A DNA stretch of 64,000 nt from an uncultured cyanobacterium (GTDB lineage Bacteria; Cyanobacteriota; Cyanobacteriia; Cyanobacteriales; CAWCAG01). The DNA lies in NCBI GenBank assembly GCA_963803805.1, contig CAWDOD010000003.1, positions 32,001-96,000 of the forward strand, given 5' to 3'. Shown in pieces: positions 50,682-61,674 of this stretch (position 1 is its first letter; each line of letters begins with the position of its first letter). The position numbers and the translations under genes were made by a program. The notes under the pieces were generated by a model that saw only the letters and a list, made by a program, of their open reading frames with translations, made no database searches and was not told the origin of the DNA.

Positions 50682-51242
50682 ATGACAATCGCCCCTGCCA
50701 AACCATTAACCTTAGAAGAGTTTCTACAACTTCCTGAAACTAAGCCACCCCAAGAATATATTAATGGAGAAATCAACCTCAAACCAATGCCCAAAGGAAG
50801 ACATAGCCGCTTACAGGGAAAACTTTGTACTGTGATCAATCAAGTAACAGAAGAAGAGAAAATAGCCTATGGCTTTCCTGAATTGCGCTGCACATTTGGC
50901 AATCGCTCAATCGTACCAGATGTCGCAATATTTCAGTGGCAACAGATTCCTTTTAACGAAAATGGAGAAGTACCTGATGACTTTAAATCTCCTCCAGATT
51001 GGACAATTGAAATACTTTCTCCTCAACAAAAGTCTAACAAAGTAATTGGTAATATTCTCCATTGTTTAAACCATGGCTGTCAATTAGGATGGTTCATTGA
51101 GCCTGATGATTATAGTATCTTAGCCTTTCTCCCTAGACAACAACCCCAACTTCTACAAGGAAGCGATTATCTACCTGTTTTAGAATCCATTCCCTTAAAC
51201 TTAACCGTTTCACAGGTGTTTAATTGGTTGAAAATGAATTGA
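50682..51242 (+). CDS. Uma2 family endonuclease-like protein
   Basis: LTLEEFLQLPETKP..EYING, VPDVA, PDWTIEILSP. Confidence 0.9.
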   Translation: MTIAPAKPLTLEEFLQLPETKPPQEYINGEINLKPMPKGRHSRLQGKLCTVINQVTEEEKIAYGFPELRCTFGNRSIVPDVAIFQWQQIPFNENGEVPDDFKSPPDWTIEILSPQQKSNKVIGNILHCLNHGCQLGWFIEPDDYSILAFLPRQQPQLLQGSDYLPVLESIPLNLTVSQVFNWLKMN

Positions 51243-51392
51243 TTAAAAGAGAGCCAAGAAAAGATTTATCCAAAAGCGATAAGCTAATGGCTAGTTGCTA
51301 GTCGCTAAAATCTTATACTTGGTGAGGATATTTTATTTATTGGAGTTCTCTAAAAGAGGTTATTACTCAATAGATAATTATCTAATTATCAA

Positions 51393-52478
51393 TTACTTCC
51401 AACCCACCTTATCCATCAACTTAACCGCTTCAGGATTCTCTTTTCCATATGCTGCAACGTTTAACTCAGATTCTTTAAAATCACCAAAACCAGCAACCGT
51501 CGGGTTAGATTTCACAGTCTCAATCATCGGGATTTCATTATTACCATTAGCAAAAATTTCTTGGGCTTCTGGAGTCGTTAAAAATTCTATAAACTCAATA
51601 GCATTTTCTTTGTGGGGGGCATTCGCCACCACCCCCGCACCACTAATATTAACGTGAGTACCTCCCTGTTTTTGGTTAGGGAAAAACACACCAATATTAG
51701 CCACAACCTCTTGATCTTCGGATTTTTCCGACTGCATCATCCGGGCAACATAATAATGATTCACAATCGCCACATCGCATTCTCCCGCCGCGATCGCCTG
51801 TACCTGAGAAATGTCTCCCCCTTCTGGTTCACGGGCAAAATTACTAACCAAACCTTTAAGCCACTCTTCGGTTTCCTTTTCCCCTTTTTCAGCAATCTTA
51901 GCAGCAACAAGGGATTGATTATAAACATTACCAGAACTACGAACGCAAACACGCCCTTTCCATTCCGGTTTTGCTAAATCTTCATAACTAGAAAGTTCTT
52001 CTGGCTTAACTCTTTCTTTATCATAAGCAATAACCCTCGCCCGCTTAGATAAACCAAACCAATAACCCTCCGGATTACGCAGATTTTCTGGTATCGCCGT
52101 CTCCAAAACTTCTGAAGAAACTGGTTGGAAAATTCCCTCTTGTTCCGCTTGCCAAAGATTGCCCACATCCACAGTAATCAAAACATCGGCGGGGGTATTT
52201 TCACCTTCATTTTTGATTTTTTCAATCAATTCTGTAGCCTTACCCTCAATTAAATTAACCTCAATGCCTGTCTTGTCAGTAAAAGCTTCATACAAAGCCT
52301 CATCAGTGTCATAGTGACGAGAAGAATAAAGGTTTACTTCTCCTCCTTCCTGCAATTCTCCTGCTTCAGGGCTACTAGTTTCAGTTGTTTGTTCTGAGGT
52401 GGTTGGAGAACAACTAGTCGTTCCTAAAAGGGCTAACCCGGTTAAAATACTGATTAAACTACGTTGAGACGTTTTCAT
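51393..52478 (-). CDS. futA: Fe(3+) ABC transporter substrate-binding lipoprotein (FutA/IdiA)
   Basis: Lipobox TTSC; VNLYSSRHY, RARVI, YNQSL, NHYY, GTHVNISG. Confidence 0.92.
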   Translation of the reverse strand: MKTSQRSLISILTGLALLGTTSCSPTTSEQTTETSSPEAGELQEGGEVNLYSSRHYDTDEALYEAFTDKTGIEVNLIEGKATELIEKIKNEGENTPADVLITVDVGNLWQAEQEGIFQPVSSEVLETAIPENLRNPEGYWFGLSKRARVIAYDKERVKPEELSSYEDLAKPEWKGRVCVRSSGNVYNQSLVAAKIAEKGEKETEEWLKGLVSNFAREPEGGDISQVQAIAAGECDVAIVNHYYVARMMQSEKSEDQEVVANIGVFFPNQKQGGTHVNISGAGVVANAPHKENAIEFIEFLTTPEAQEIFANGNNEIPMIETVKSNPTVAGFGDFKESELNVAAYGKENPEAVKLMDKVGWK

Positions 52479-52525
52479 GGCTTAAAGTAATGTCTGAGTT
52501 TATGCTGCCGTCGTATTTTACACTT

Positions 52526-52544
52526 AATGCTATTAATTCTCAAT
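52526..52544 (-). promoter_or_regulatory. Fur-box-like site upstream of futA
   Basis: Minus strand ATTGAGAATTAATAGCATT resembles the 7-1-7 TGATAATnATTATCA consensus, ~50 bp upstream of an iron-binding gene. Confidence 0.6.
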
Positions 52545-52593
52545 ACTATCAAGAAAGTTATCATCGTAATTTATTAATTTAAGGAGAACTATT

Positions 52594-53703
52594 TTGACAG
52601 AAGAACGTGCCTATTGGCTGGCATGGTCTAAAATACAGAATGTAGGGCCAATCTTAGTTAATCGCTTGCAAGAACGCTTTGGAAGCCTTGCACAAGCTTG
52701 GCTTGCACCCCAAGAATATTTAAGACAAATTAATGGTATTGGCGACAAGTCAATAGAGGAGATTGAACAAAAGCGTTCTCAAATCAACCCCGAACAACTC
52801 TTAGAACAACATCAGCAACAGAACATCAATTTTTGGACACCGTTAGATGAAGATTATCCACGCTTATTAAAAGAAATTCCTAGCCCTCCCACGGTTTTAT
52901 ATTATCGTGGCAAAGTTAATTTACCAGAAAACCAAGGACTTACTCCCTTAATAGGCATTGTTGGTACTCGCAACTTAACAGAATATGGCCGTCGTTGGAC
53001 TCGTAAAATCGCTCAAACCCTTACTAAACATGGCTTTACCATTGTCTCTGGGATGGCAGCAGGCATTGATAAAGAAGCCCACAGTAGCTGTCTAGCCGCA
53101 GGAGGGCGTACCCTAGCGGTTTTAGGGACAGGAGTGGATATAATTTATCCTCAAAGCAATAGCCAACTCTATCAACGCATCCAAAAACAGGGTTTGGTTT
53201 TGAGTGAATACGACTTAGGTACTAAACCGAACAAACAAAACTTTCCCCCTCGCAACCGCATTATTGCAGGTTTATGTCGAGCGGTATTAGTCACAGAAGC
53301 CCCTAGCCGTTCAGGAGCATTGATTACAGCCCGTTATGGTAACGAATTTGGCAGAGATGTTTATGCTTTACCGGGTTCTTTAGATAATCCCCAATCTTTG
53401 GGTTGCTTAGAGTTAATCCATAAAGGGGGGCAAGTAATCTTAAGCGAAAGTCATTTATTAGAAATGTTGGGAACTATACCTCAGCTAGATCAAGTCCATA
53501 CTTCTACTGTGAAAATACCTGCTGATTTAGCTCCAGATTTAGCCCAAGTTTTAAGGGCAATTACTTCTGAATCCATGCCTTTTGATCTGATTGTAGAAAA
53601 GGCAAATTCAGCTTCTAGTGATGTTTCCAGTGCTTTACTGCAATTGGAATTATTAGGCTTAGTTACTCAACTGCCAGGGATGCGCTATCAGAAAATATCT
53701 TAA
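52594..53703 (+). CDS. dprA: DNA-processing protein
   Basis: IVGTR, IVSGMAAGID, FPPRNRIIAGL, EAPSRSGALITA. Confidence 0.95.
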   Translation: MTEERAYWLAWSKIQNVGPILVNRLQERFGSLAQAWLAPQEYLRQINGIGDKSIEEIEQKRSQINPEQLLEQHQQQNINFWTPLDEDYPRLLKEIPSPPTVLYYRGKVNLPENQGLTPLIGIVGTRNLTEYGRRWTRKIAQTLTKHGFTIVSGMAAGIDKEAHSSCLAAGGRTLAVLGTGVDIIYPQSNSQLYQRIQKQGLVLSEYDLGTKPNKQNFPPRNRIIAGLCRAVLVTEAPSRSGALITARYGNEFGRDVYALPGSLDNPQSLGCLELIHKGGQVILSESHLLEMLGTIPQLDQVHTSTVKIPADLAPDLAQVLRAITSESMPFDLIVEKANSASSDVSSALLQLELLGLVTQLPGMRYQKIS

Positions 53704-53802
53704 AGTTAGGGAACGACGGGGAACTAAATTACCGTCAAGTTTGTTACAAAGCCATTGGTCAAAATCACAAACTTTGTACCTCACAAATACAAGAAATACT
53801 AT

Positions 53803-54222
53803 ATGCGATTTAGAGAAGAAAGAGAACTAGGAAAAATCCCAGAAGTAGACTTAACTCCTTTGCTAGATGTGTTAATGTCGGTGCTAACTTTTTTCATCAT
53901 TAGTTCTATGACTCTTACGGGTACAAATGTCGCTAATATTGAATTACCTAGAATTAATAATAGTTCAGAAATTGGTAACACGAAAGAAAAGCTGGTAATT
54001 GGCTTAGATCAAGACGAGAAAATCACTGTTGATGGTAAAGAACTTAATCAAGCCCAATTAGCGACAAAGATTAAAACTTACCTTAAAGAAAAGCCAGAAA
54101 GTTCAATTCACATCGAAGCACATCGTTCCCTTCCCTATGTAAAAATAACCCGACTCGCAGAAGAAGTAATGAAAGCAGGAGGCAAAAAAGTAACTTTCAA
54201 GACTCAAAAAAATCAACCATAA
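53803..54222 (+). CDS. exbD: ExbD/TolR family protein
   Basis: EVDLTPLLDVLMSVLTFFII. Confidence 0.88.
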   Translation: MRFREERELGKIPEVDLTPLLDVLMSVLTFFIISSMTLTGTNVANIELPRINNSSEIGNTKEKLVIGLDQDEKITVDGKELNQAQLATKIKTYLKEKPESSIHIEAHRSLPYVKITRLAEEVMKAGGKKVTFKTQKNQP

Positions 54223-54251
54223 AGATAACTCATTTTGATTAATCTATAGCT

Positions 54252-54740
54252 ATGGGCTTCAAAACTCGTCGGCGACGGCAACAATTTTCTCAGTTACCAG
54301 CAATTAATCTTATTCCTATGCTTAATGTGATGATTGCTGTACTCGGTTTTTTCGTGGTAGTTTCCACAAGCCTTTCTAATGAACAAGGAATTCAAACAGA
54401 TTTATCAGGTAGTGAAGAAGAGTCAGGGGGCAAAGATTCAACAGACATAGCCAATGATCTAATCATCAAACTTGATCAAGAGCAATTTTTAGTTGACAAC
54501 AAAGCAGTAACTGAACAACAAGTATTAGTAGAAGCGAAAGCTTATTTAGCCAAAAATCAAGAAGGTAAGGTTTTGCTTGGTGCTAGTAATCAAGTACCCT
54601 ATGAAAAAGTTATGCAGTTATTGGGAGAACTAAGGGCTTTAGACAAAACTAGAGTTGTCTTAAATATTGATTCAGATGGTGAACAAGCTACAACCCCAGA
54701 AACAGAAGGAAGTTTTGCAGAAGAAGACTTTGAAGATTGA
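54252..54740 (+). CDS. exbD: ExbD/TolR family protein
   Basis: AINLIPMLNVMIAVLGFFVV; VPYEKVMQLL. Confidence 0.82.
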   Translation: MGFKTRRRRQQFSQLPAINLIPMLNVMIAVLGFFVVVSTSLSNEQGIQTDLSGSEEESGGKDSTDIANDLIIKLDQEQFLVDNKAVTEQQVLVEAKAYLAKNQEGKVLLGASNQVPYEKVMQLLGELRALDKTRVVLNIDSDGEQATTPETEGSFAEEDFED

Positions 54741-54965
54741 GCCGCTTTTAAGTATTTCTGCTCAAGCTATGTAACTAGGAAATCATATCCTAGTGACTTT
54801 TTTTTGGCTATTAGTACGGAGGTCAAATTAGTGGTCGCGCCCTTAAAATTTTGGTAGTAGAAAAATTAATTTTTCTACCAATTTTGTGGGTGAGTGAAAG
54901 CTTAACCTTAAAATTAAAAGAAATTATTAAGATTTACTCCAGTAAAAGGACTAAAATAGGGCATT

Positions 54966-55208
54966 ATGAATTTATACCAGGGTGAATTTGATTGGTTATA
55001 TACATGGTTCAATCGAGCTTTAGTCGAAGAAGCTTATGCAGAAAAAGCTAAATTGTGCCAATGGATGTGGAAACATCCCAAAGAGCTGGCGATCGCCTTT
55101 CAAGGGCTTAAAGAAATAAGAACAGAACCAGAAAAAGCGACAGCATATGTTAATAACTTAGAGCCACAGTTACAAAAATCTTTGGTATTAGCAATTATTG
55201 CTAGTTAG
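54966..55208 (+). CDS. Hypothetical protein
   Basis: 80-aa ATG ORF containing a HIP1 site. Confidence 0.5.
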   Translation: MNLYQGEFDWLYTWFNRALVEEAYAEKAKLCQWMWKHPKELAIAFQGLKEIRTEPEKATAYVNNLEPQLQKSLVLAIIAS

Positions 55209-55267
55209 CGAAGGATAAATACTGAAGCACAATAGGTAGGGCTGATTTGCTTACCTTATTACCAAGA

Positions 55268-56434
55268 CTATTCTTTGTTTATTCTTGGTAATCGATGCTT
55301 GAAACCACAAAGAATTTCCCAAGAAATAGTTCCTAAACTTGTTGCCCAATCATCAGCAGAAATTTCTTCTTCACCATCTTTCCCTAAGAGAGTAACAACT
55401 TCTCCTACTTGCAAATTCTCAATTTTACTAACATCAAGCATAATTTGATCCATAGTAATTGCCCCAATTTGAGGTACTCGTTGCCCACGAATTAATACTT
55501 GCAAACGATTAGATAAATTGCGCGGTACACCATCAGCATAACCAATACCAATTACCCCAAGGCGTAACTCTTTTTCGCTCACAAATTTATGCCCGTAACT
55601 AACTCCTGTACCAGGAGGGATGGTTTTGATTTGGGTAATTCTCGCTTTAACTTGCAAAGCTGGTTGTAATTCGAGGCGAGAAGTTAAATGGGGGGCAGGA
55701 TACAAACCATAAAGTGCTAAACCCACCCGCACTAAATCGTAATGTAAGTCTGCATCAATGAGGGTAGCAGCAGAATTTGCTAAATGTAAACAGGGGGAAA
55801 CTATGCCATTAGTCTTGAGTTGAGCGATCGCACTGTTAAATCTTTGTTGTTGCAATTTCATAAAAGTTGGATCAAGATCATCAGCAGTAGCCAAGTGAGA
55901 ATAAATACTCTCTATTTGCAAGTGAGGCAATTGTTGCACTAACTGGGCAAACTCTATTGCCGATTCCCATCTTGTTCCTAAGCGAGACATTCCTGTATCT
56001 AGCTTAAGATGCACTGGTAAATTATCTTCCAAGCTAGATAAGGTTTCGCTAAAAATTAATGCCTGTTGAGGAGTACCAATAGTAGGTTGCAAATTCCACT
56101 TTGCGATCGCCTTTATTTCTTGGGGAGTATTAATTGCTCCTAAGATCAAGATTGGCGCTGTAATTTCTGCCTGTCGCAATTCCACCCCTTCTGTTAGGGT
56201 AGCAACCGCTAACCAACTAGCCCCAGCCTTTAAAACCGTTTTAGCTACCTCTACCGCCCCATGTCCATAGGCATCTGCTTTTACCACAGCCATCAATGCG
56301 GTTTGAGACTTTAATATACCTTTAATTTGCCCCACATTAAAAGCCAAAGCTGCTTGATCAACTTCTACCCAAGCCCTTTGCAGCTTATTGACTGTCCTAA
56401 AATTCATGGTTGCATTGTTTTCTTGACTAAGCAA
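55268..56434 (-). CDS. alr: Alanine racemase
   Basis: AVVKADAYGHG, HLKLDTGMSRLG, VSYG, GYADG, MDQ. Confidence 0.97.
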   Translation of the reverse strand: MLSQENNATMNFRTVNKLQRAWVEVDQAALAFNVGQIKGILKSQTALMAVVKADAYGHGAVEVAKTVLKAGASWLAVATLTEGVELRQAEITAPILILGAINTPQEIKAIAKWNLQPTIGTPQQALIFSETLSSLEDNLPVHLKLDTGMSRLGTRWESAIEFAQLVQQLPHLQIESIYSHLATADDLDPTFMKLQQQRFNSAIAQLKTNGIVSPCLHLANSAATLIDADLHYDLVRVGLALYGLYPAPHLTSRLELQPALQVKARITQIKTIPPGTGVSYGHKFVSEKELRLGVIGIGYADGVPRNLSNRLQVLIRGQRVPQIGAITMDQIMLDVSKIENLQVGEVVTLLGKDGEEEISADDWATSLGTISWEILCGFKHRLPRINKE

Positions 56435-56573
56435 AATAAACCTCTCCTCAGATCATTTATCACTTGTTGTTGCCTGCACCCTACTCCCTTACTCCAGCAA
56501 GAAATTCTTTATACCTAAAGGCTTAATTCACAATAACCAAAGCCTTACTCAGATATTTAAGAAAGCTGAATAC

Positions 56574-57206
56574 CTAGTATAATTCCTCATTTCTTTCAAT
56601 AGAAAGGGCATAGGAACGACTGTAAACAGGACTTTTTCCTTGCTTAAGTTTGACAAACATAAACTCCCTGCCATTAACTAAAAAGCCATAGCTAATTTCT
56701 TGATGATTGGGGCTAGCTAACATATAAGTTAAAGCTTGAGGTAAAGCTACCGTGACATCAAACTGACTTTGCTTCGTTTCAACAACTAAAACCCACAACT
56801 GTTGATTAATTACCAAAATATCAATCTTTCCCCTCACTAAAATCCCTTCGTTTTCGGCAACTATTTCTACAGAAGTTTCTGATTTAGTTTGAAAAGGTAG
56901 TTGATAGAAATCAGCCAAATCTAACAGAGGAGAAAGGACAACCATTTTCACCATCTCTTCTGAGAAAAAGTTGGTTTCACTAAGACTTAAATAGTTACTT
57001 TTAACCCAATCTAAAGATTGTTTTTCCCTCTCGGTTAAATCAGGTAAATTAGCTTGCCATTCCGGGAAAAAATCAGGGGCTTTAGTTTTGTAAAGATGGA
57101 ATTGTTTTTGGAGTTGTTCAAGACTTATTTGCTTGGCTGCTAAAGTTTCTGCCATTGTCTTCAATTCCCCTTCCTTACTTAATTGTGCTACTATCTTTGA
57201 TAACAA
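56574..57206 (-). CDS. HsdR N-terminal-like (PD-(D/E)XK) restriction-fold protein; last ~17 codons possibly cut by a premature TAG
   Basis: VKMVVLSPLL, GKIDILV, VETK, ALPQALTYM, GREFMF; frame stays open after the TAG (VFSFLKYLSKALVIVN). Confidence 0.7.
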   Translation of the reverse strand: MLSKIVAQLSKEGELKTMAETLAAKQISLEQLQKQFHLYKTKAPDFFPEWQANLPDLTEREKQSLDWVKSNYLSLSETNFFSEEMVKMVVLSPLLDLADFYQLPFQTKSETSVEIVAENEGILVRGKIDILVINQQLWVLVVETKQSQFDVTVALPQALTYMLASPNHQEISYGFLVNGREFMFVKLKQGKSPVYSRSYALSIERNEELY

Positions 57207-57226
57207 TCTTTAAATTTCTTACCTAA

Positions 57227-57724
57227 ATGAGTAAGGTTCTAGTACTCAACGCTTCCTACGAACCGCTCAATATTACTAGTTGGCGGCGGGCGATTGTTTT
57301 ATTGCTTAAAGGGAAAGCAGAACAGGTTGAACATAATGGGCTGTATATCTATGCCCATTTCCCTCTACCTACGGTAATTAGACTGCGTTACTATGTTCGA
57401 GTCCCCTATAAAGAAATTCCCTTAACCCGTCGTAATATTTTGGAACGAGACAGACAAACCTGTCAATACTGTAATTACAAAGGTGACACTTTAACCATAG
57501 ATCACATTATTCCCCGTTCTCGTGGTGGGGGAGATACCTGGGAAAATCTTGTTGCTGCTTGTGTGCGCTGTAATGTCAAAAAAGGTAGCCGCACTCCTAA
57601 AGAGGCAGAAATGCCTTTATTAACTAAACCTCGTCGTCCTTACAGTAGCCTCCATTTTGAAATAATCAAACATACCAAAGGAGGACGCAATCAGGAGTGG
57701 AAAAAATACGTCATCGGCATTTAA
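57227..57724 (+). CDS. HNH endonuclease (McrA-like, conserved cyanobacterial type)
   Basis: VLVLNASYEPL, RD..TCQYC, TIDHIIPRSRGG..WENLVAACVRCNVKKG. Confidence 0.93.
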   Translation: MSKVLVLNASYEPLNITSWRRAIVLLLKGKAEQVEHNGLYIYAHFPLPTVIRLRYYVRVPYKEIPLTRRNILERDRQTCQYCNYKGDTLTIDHIIPRSRGGGDTWENLVAACVRCNVKKGSRTPKEAEMPLLTKPRRPYSSLHFEIIKHTKGGRNQEWKKYVIGI

Positions 57725-57778
57725 CTTTACCTGCTACTTAATTAATAGAGCAGGTTTTTATTTAAGTATTAATAAACT

Positions 57779-59032
57779 ATGGATAAATCTCTCGATTCTC
57801 ACGATAAAGAGTTGCCAGTTAAATCTTCCTTAAATTCAGCAGCAACCAAAAGACAAAATGGTAAAGGCAAAAAAGAGAAAAGTCAATCCAATTCCCAGAA
57901 TCAACAAGATACAGATTTATCTCCCGAAGAAAGATTAAATAAACTGCGACAAGTTTTGGAAAGACATCGTGGCGAAAGACAAATTTTGGTTATTCAAGAT
58001 TTCCCTGATCCTGATGCCCTTTCTAGTGCCTGGGCATATCAACTAATTGCTCAAAAATATGAAATTGATTGCGATATTGTCTATGCCGGTACTCTTTCTC
58101 ATCAAGAAAATATTGCTTTAGTGAAACTTACTGGCTTGCCAGCTAAACGCTTAAGTATCCAAGATGTTAATCAGCAATATTTGTCGGTTTATCAAGGCTG
58201 TGTTTTAGTGGACAATCAAGGTACAACTAGTCAGCTTATGCCCTTTGTTAAACAAGCTGAAATTCCCCTGATTGTAGTTATTGATCACCATAGTAGTCAG
58301 GGGGAAATTGAAGCAGAATTTGTTGATTTACGTCCCCATGTAGGAGCCACAGCAACAATTTTATGCGAATATCTTCAAGGGAATATACTCAAATTAGATA
58401 GAAATGTTAAAAAACACGTTAGATGTGCCACAGCTTTGATGCACGGTTTACGTTCCGATACTAACCACCTCCTTCAAGCCCAGGAAGAGGATTTTTTGGC
58501 TGCTGGCTATTTGAGCCGTTTTTATGATAATCAAATCTTGAGCGCTGTGCTACATACCTCTCGCTCAAAAAGAGTGATGGATGTGATTGAACAATCATTA
58601 AGAAATCGCTTGGTACAAAATAACTTTTCTTTAGCTGGGGTGAGTTATTTACGTTATGAAGATAGAGATGCTATACCTCAAGCGGCTGACTTTTTAGTCA
58701 CAGAAGAAAATGTTCATACAGCTATGGTTTATGGTATTGTTCATGATGAAGATGAGGAAATAGAGTTATTAATTGGCTCTTTAAGAACTAACAAAATCAC
58801 TTTAGATCCTGATGAATTTATTAAAGCAGCTTTAGGAAAAGACCCCCAGGGACGCTATTTTGGTGGGGGTAGAAATCGAGCCGGAGGATTTGAAATTCCC
58901 ATCGGCTTTTTGTCAGGGTATAATGATGATTCTCATTTTGCTAAAATGAAATGGGAAACTTTTGATACGCAAATTAAGCAAAAGTTTCTGCGTTTAGTTA
59001 ATCCGAAGAACAATTTGTTGAGTATTGATTGA
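57779..59032 (+). CDS. DHH/DHHA1 phosphoesterase (NrnA-like)
   Basis: PDPDALSS, LVDNQ, VIDHH, RSDT, GGG..AGG. Confidence 0.9.
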   Translation: MDKSLDSHDKELPVKSSLNSAATKRQNGKGKKEKSQSNSQNQQDTDLSPEERLNKLRQVLERHRGERQILVIQDFPDPDALSSAWAYQLIAQKYEIDCDIVYAGTLSHQENIALVKLTGLPAKRLSIQDVNQQYLSVYQGCVLVDNQGTTSQLMPFVKQAEIPLIVVIDHHSSQGEIEAEFVDLRPHVGATATILCEYLQGNILKLDRNVKKHVRCATALMHGLRSDTNHLLQAQEEDFLAAGYLSRFYDNQILSAVLHTSRSKRVMDVIEQSLRNRLVQNNFSLAGVSYLRYEDRDAIPQAADFLVTEENVHTAMVYGIVHDEDEEIELLIGSLRTNKITLDPDEFIKAALGKDPQGRYFGGGRNRAGGFEIPIGFLSGYNDDSHFAKMKWETFDTQIKQKFLRLVNPKNNLLSID

Positions 59033-59065
59033 TCTCCTTTATTAGTATTTCCCATAGGGCAGCTA

Positions 59066-60550
59066 ATGGCCAAAAACGAACCTAAAGCAGATATTCTGGT
59101 AATTGATGATACACCAGAAAACCTTGCTCTCCTTTCTAATATGCTAACAGAGAGGGGTTATAAGGTTCGTAGCGTTACTAAAGGTTCGACGGGGTTGCGG
59201 GGGGCGACAGCAGCACCTCCGGACTTGATTTTGCTTGATGTGAATATGCCTCAAATGAATGGTTATGAGGTTTGTGAAAAACTGAAAGCTCAAGAAATAA
59301 CTAAAAATATTCCTGTCATCTTTATTAGTGCTTTAGGAGATACCATTGATAAAGTTAAAGCCTTTCAGGTTGGTGGTGTAGACTATATTACTAAACCTTT
59401 TCAAGTCGAAGAAGTCTTAGCCCGCATCGATACTCACCTGACTATTTGTCGTTTGCAACAACAACTACAACAACAAAATACACAACTGCAACAGGAAATA
59501 AGCGATCGCACCGCAGCAGAGGAAAAATTTACCAAAGCCTTTCGTTCCAGCCCTCATCCTATCGCCATTGCTACCCTTTCCGGAGGGCGTTTTTTAGAAG
59601 TTAATCATAGTTTTTTGAGTATTACTGGTTATCAACCAGAGGAAATTATTGCACGTACGGCTACTGAGTTGAACTTGTGGTTGCCTTCAGAAACTTACCT
59701 CAAGGCAATACGCCAACTCCTACAACATGGTTCTCTTTATAACCAAGAAGTACAAATTCGTAGTAGAACTGGGGAAACTAGAGTTGTGCTACTATCGGTT
59801 GAATTAATTGAACTAGATGGGGTTCAATGCACCCTGAATATTATTAACGATATTACCGAACGTAAGCGCCTGGAAAACGAATTTATTTCCCTAGTTAGCC
59901 ATGAATTGCGTACACCAATGTCTTCAATTATTGGCGCTTTGGATTTACTTGGTACGGGGCAATTAGGTAACTTAAATGCTAAGGGAGAACAAGTTCTTGA
60001 TATTGCTATAACTAATACCGAACGTTTGATGCGTTTGGTTAACGATATCCTTGACTTAGAACGCATCAAAGCAGGAAAAATTCAGATGCAAAAGGTAAGA
60101 TGCAATGGGGCGAATCTCCTTAGCCAAGCTTTAGAAACCATGCAACCCTTAGCTAATAATTCTCAGCTAAGGCTAGAGTTAGAAACTACTTCTGTAATTC
60201 TCTGGGCAGATCCTGACCGGATTTTGCAAACCCTGACTAACCTATTGAGTAATGCTATCAAATTCTCAGAACCAGGACAAACAATTTGGCTGCGATCGCG
60301 CCTTTATGGAGATTATCTACAAGTAGAAGTAGAAGACGAAGGTAGAGGTATTCCGGCTGATAAATTACAATTAATTTTTGAGCGTTTCCAACAAGTAGAT
60401 GCTTCTGACTCTCGTAGGAAGGGGGGAACAGGTTTAGGACTTTCTATTTGTCGTAATATTGTTGAACAACATAACGGTAAGATTTGGACAGAAAGTATTT
60501 TAGATCAAGGTAGTACTTTCTATTTTACTTTGCCTTTAACACCTAGCTAA
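59066..60550 (+). CDS. Hybrid sensor kinase (receiver-PAS-HisKA-HATPase)
   Basis: VIDD, LLDVNMP, DYITKPF; PAS; SHELRTP, NLLSNAIKFS, DEGRGIP, GTGLGL. Confidence 0.95.
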   Translation: MAKNEPKADILVIDDTPENLALLSNMLTERGYKVRSVTKGSTGLRGATAAPPDLILLDVNMPQMNGYEVCEKLKAQEITKNIPVIFISALGDTIDKVKAFQVGGVDYITKPFQVEEVLARIDTHLTICRLQQQLQQQNTQLQQEISDRTAAEEKFTKAFRSSPHPIAIATLSGGRFLEVNHSFLSITGYQPEEIIARTATELNLWLPSETYLKAIRQLLQHGSLYNQEVQIRSRTGETRVVLLSVELIELDGVQCTLNIINDITERKRLENEFISLVSHELRTPMSSIIGALDLLGTGQLGNLNAKGEQVLDIAITNTERLMRLVNDILDLERIKAGKIQMQKVRCNGANLLSQALETMQPLANNSQLRLELETTSVILWADPDRILQTLTNLLSNAIKFSEPGQTIWLRSRLYGDYLQVEVEDEGRGIPADKLQLIFERFQQVDASDSRRKGGTGLGLSICRNIVEQHNGKIWTESILDQGSTFYFTLPLTPS

Positions 60551-60596
60551 CAGGTAAAATAATCAAAGTAATCTACCAAAAGGATATTGTTTAACT

Positions 60597-60965
60597 TTGC
60601 ATAAAACTATCTTAGTAGTTGATGACGAAGAAGACGTGCGATCGCTCATTAAGTTAGGGCTAGAAATGGCTGCTGGTTGGCAGGTGCTAACCGCTAATTC
60701 TGGTCAAGAAGCCATTAATGTGGCTACAATTAAACAACCGGATATCATTTTACTAGATATGATGATGCCGGATCTTGATGGCAAGGAAACTATTGGCCAG
60801 TTAAAAGCAAATTCTGCAACGAAGCAGATTCCGGTTATTCTCATGACAGCGAAAATTGCTTCTTCCCTAGAAGAAACTTTAGCCGGGTTAGATATTGCTG
60901 CTGTTTTTACCAAGCCTTTGCGCCCTCTACAATTACCGAAACAAATTCTTGATGCCTTGAAATGA
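60597..60965 (+). CDS. Single-domain response regulator
   Basis: VVDDE, LLDMMMPDLDG, MTA, KP. Confidence 0.92.
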   Translation: MHKTILVVDDEEDVRSLIKLGLEMAAGWQVLTANSGQEAINVATIKQPDIILLDMMMPDLDGKETIGQLKANSATKQIPVILMTAKIASSLEETLAGLDIAAVFTKPLRPLQLPKQILDALK

Positions 60966-61008
60966 GATAAATACTTGGCAATTACAACTTCTTTAGTACC
61001 TGTAATTT

Positions 61009-61674
61009 TTAGCTTTTTTCAACCTCCAAAACTTCAACTTGAGACGGTTCTTCTACTTGAATTTTCTTCTTCCGATACTCTAACCAAATAGATACACCAA
61101 CAATAATAACTATTACAATTAAGGTTAGAAAACCAAATTTTGTCATCCAATAAATTACTTCTTCTAAAGGAAGAAAGCGACCCAGGAAAAATGATAAACT
61201 AATAGTAACTGTAGCCCAAAGAGTAGCACCTCCTAAGTTACACCACAGAAATTGTTGATAGGGCATATCAGCAATTCCTGCTAAAGGCCCAGCAAAAATT
61301 CTTAATAGAGCAACAAAGCGACCAAAAAAAACTGCCCTTGGGGCATTTTTGCTAAACTGTTCTCTTAACTCTTCTAATTGACTTTGAGGGATTTTAAAGA
61401 AGTTTCCTAACTTAACTAAAAAGTTCCAGCCGCCAATTTTTCCAATCCAATAACCAAAATTATCGCCGAGAACTGCTCCAGCGATCGCGCTTCCCAAAAC
61501 TTGCCAATAACCCAAGTCTCCACTACCTGCCAAAAAACCGCCCACAAGGGTGATGGTTTCTCCAGGTAAGGGGATTCCAGTATTTTCTAGGGCGATACCA
61601 ATAAATACTGCCCAATAGCCATACTGACTAGCGATCTCCTGGATAGTCTCCAGTGGTATAAGCTCAAAAGACAT
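61009..61674 (-). CDS. DedA family protein
   Basis: LENTGIPLPGE, GDNFGYWIG, FFGRFVALLR. Confidence 0.93.
   Translation of the reverse strand: MSFELIPLETIQEIASQYGYWAVFIGIALENTGIPLPGETITLVGGFLAGSGDLGYWQVLGSAIAGAVLGDNFGYWIGKIGGWNFLVKLGNFFKIPQSQLEELREQFSKNAPRAVFFGRFVALLRIFAGPLAGIADMPYQQFLWCNLGGATLWATVTISLSFFLGRFLPLEEVIYWMTKFGFLTLIVIVIIVGVSIWLEYRKKKIQVEEPSQVEVLEVEKS

Noticed and set aside
56574-57724. Restriction-modification locus (HsdR-N-like + HNH)
   Set aside because: The genes are divergent, there is no methyltransferase or specificity subunit, and both are common stand-alone cyanobacterial genes.
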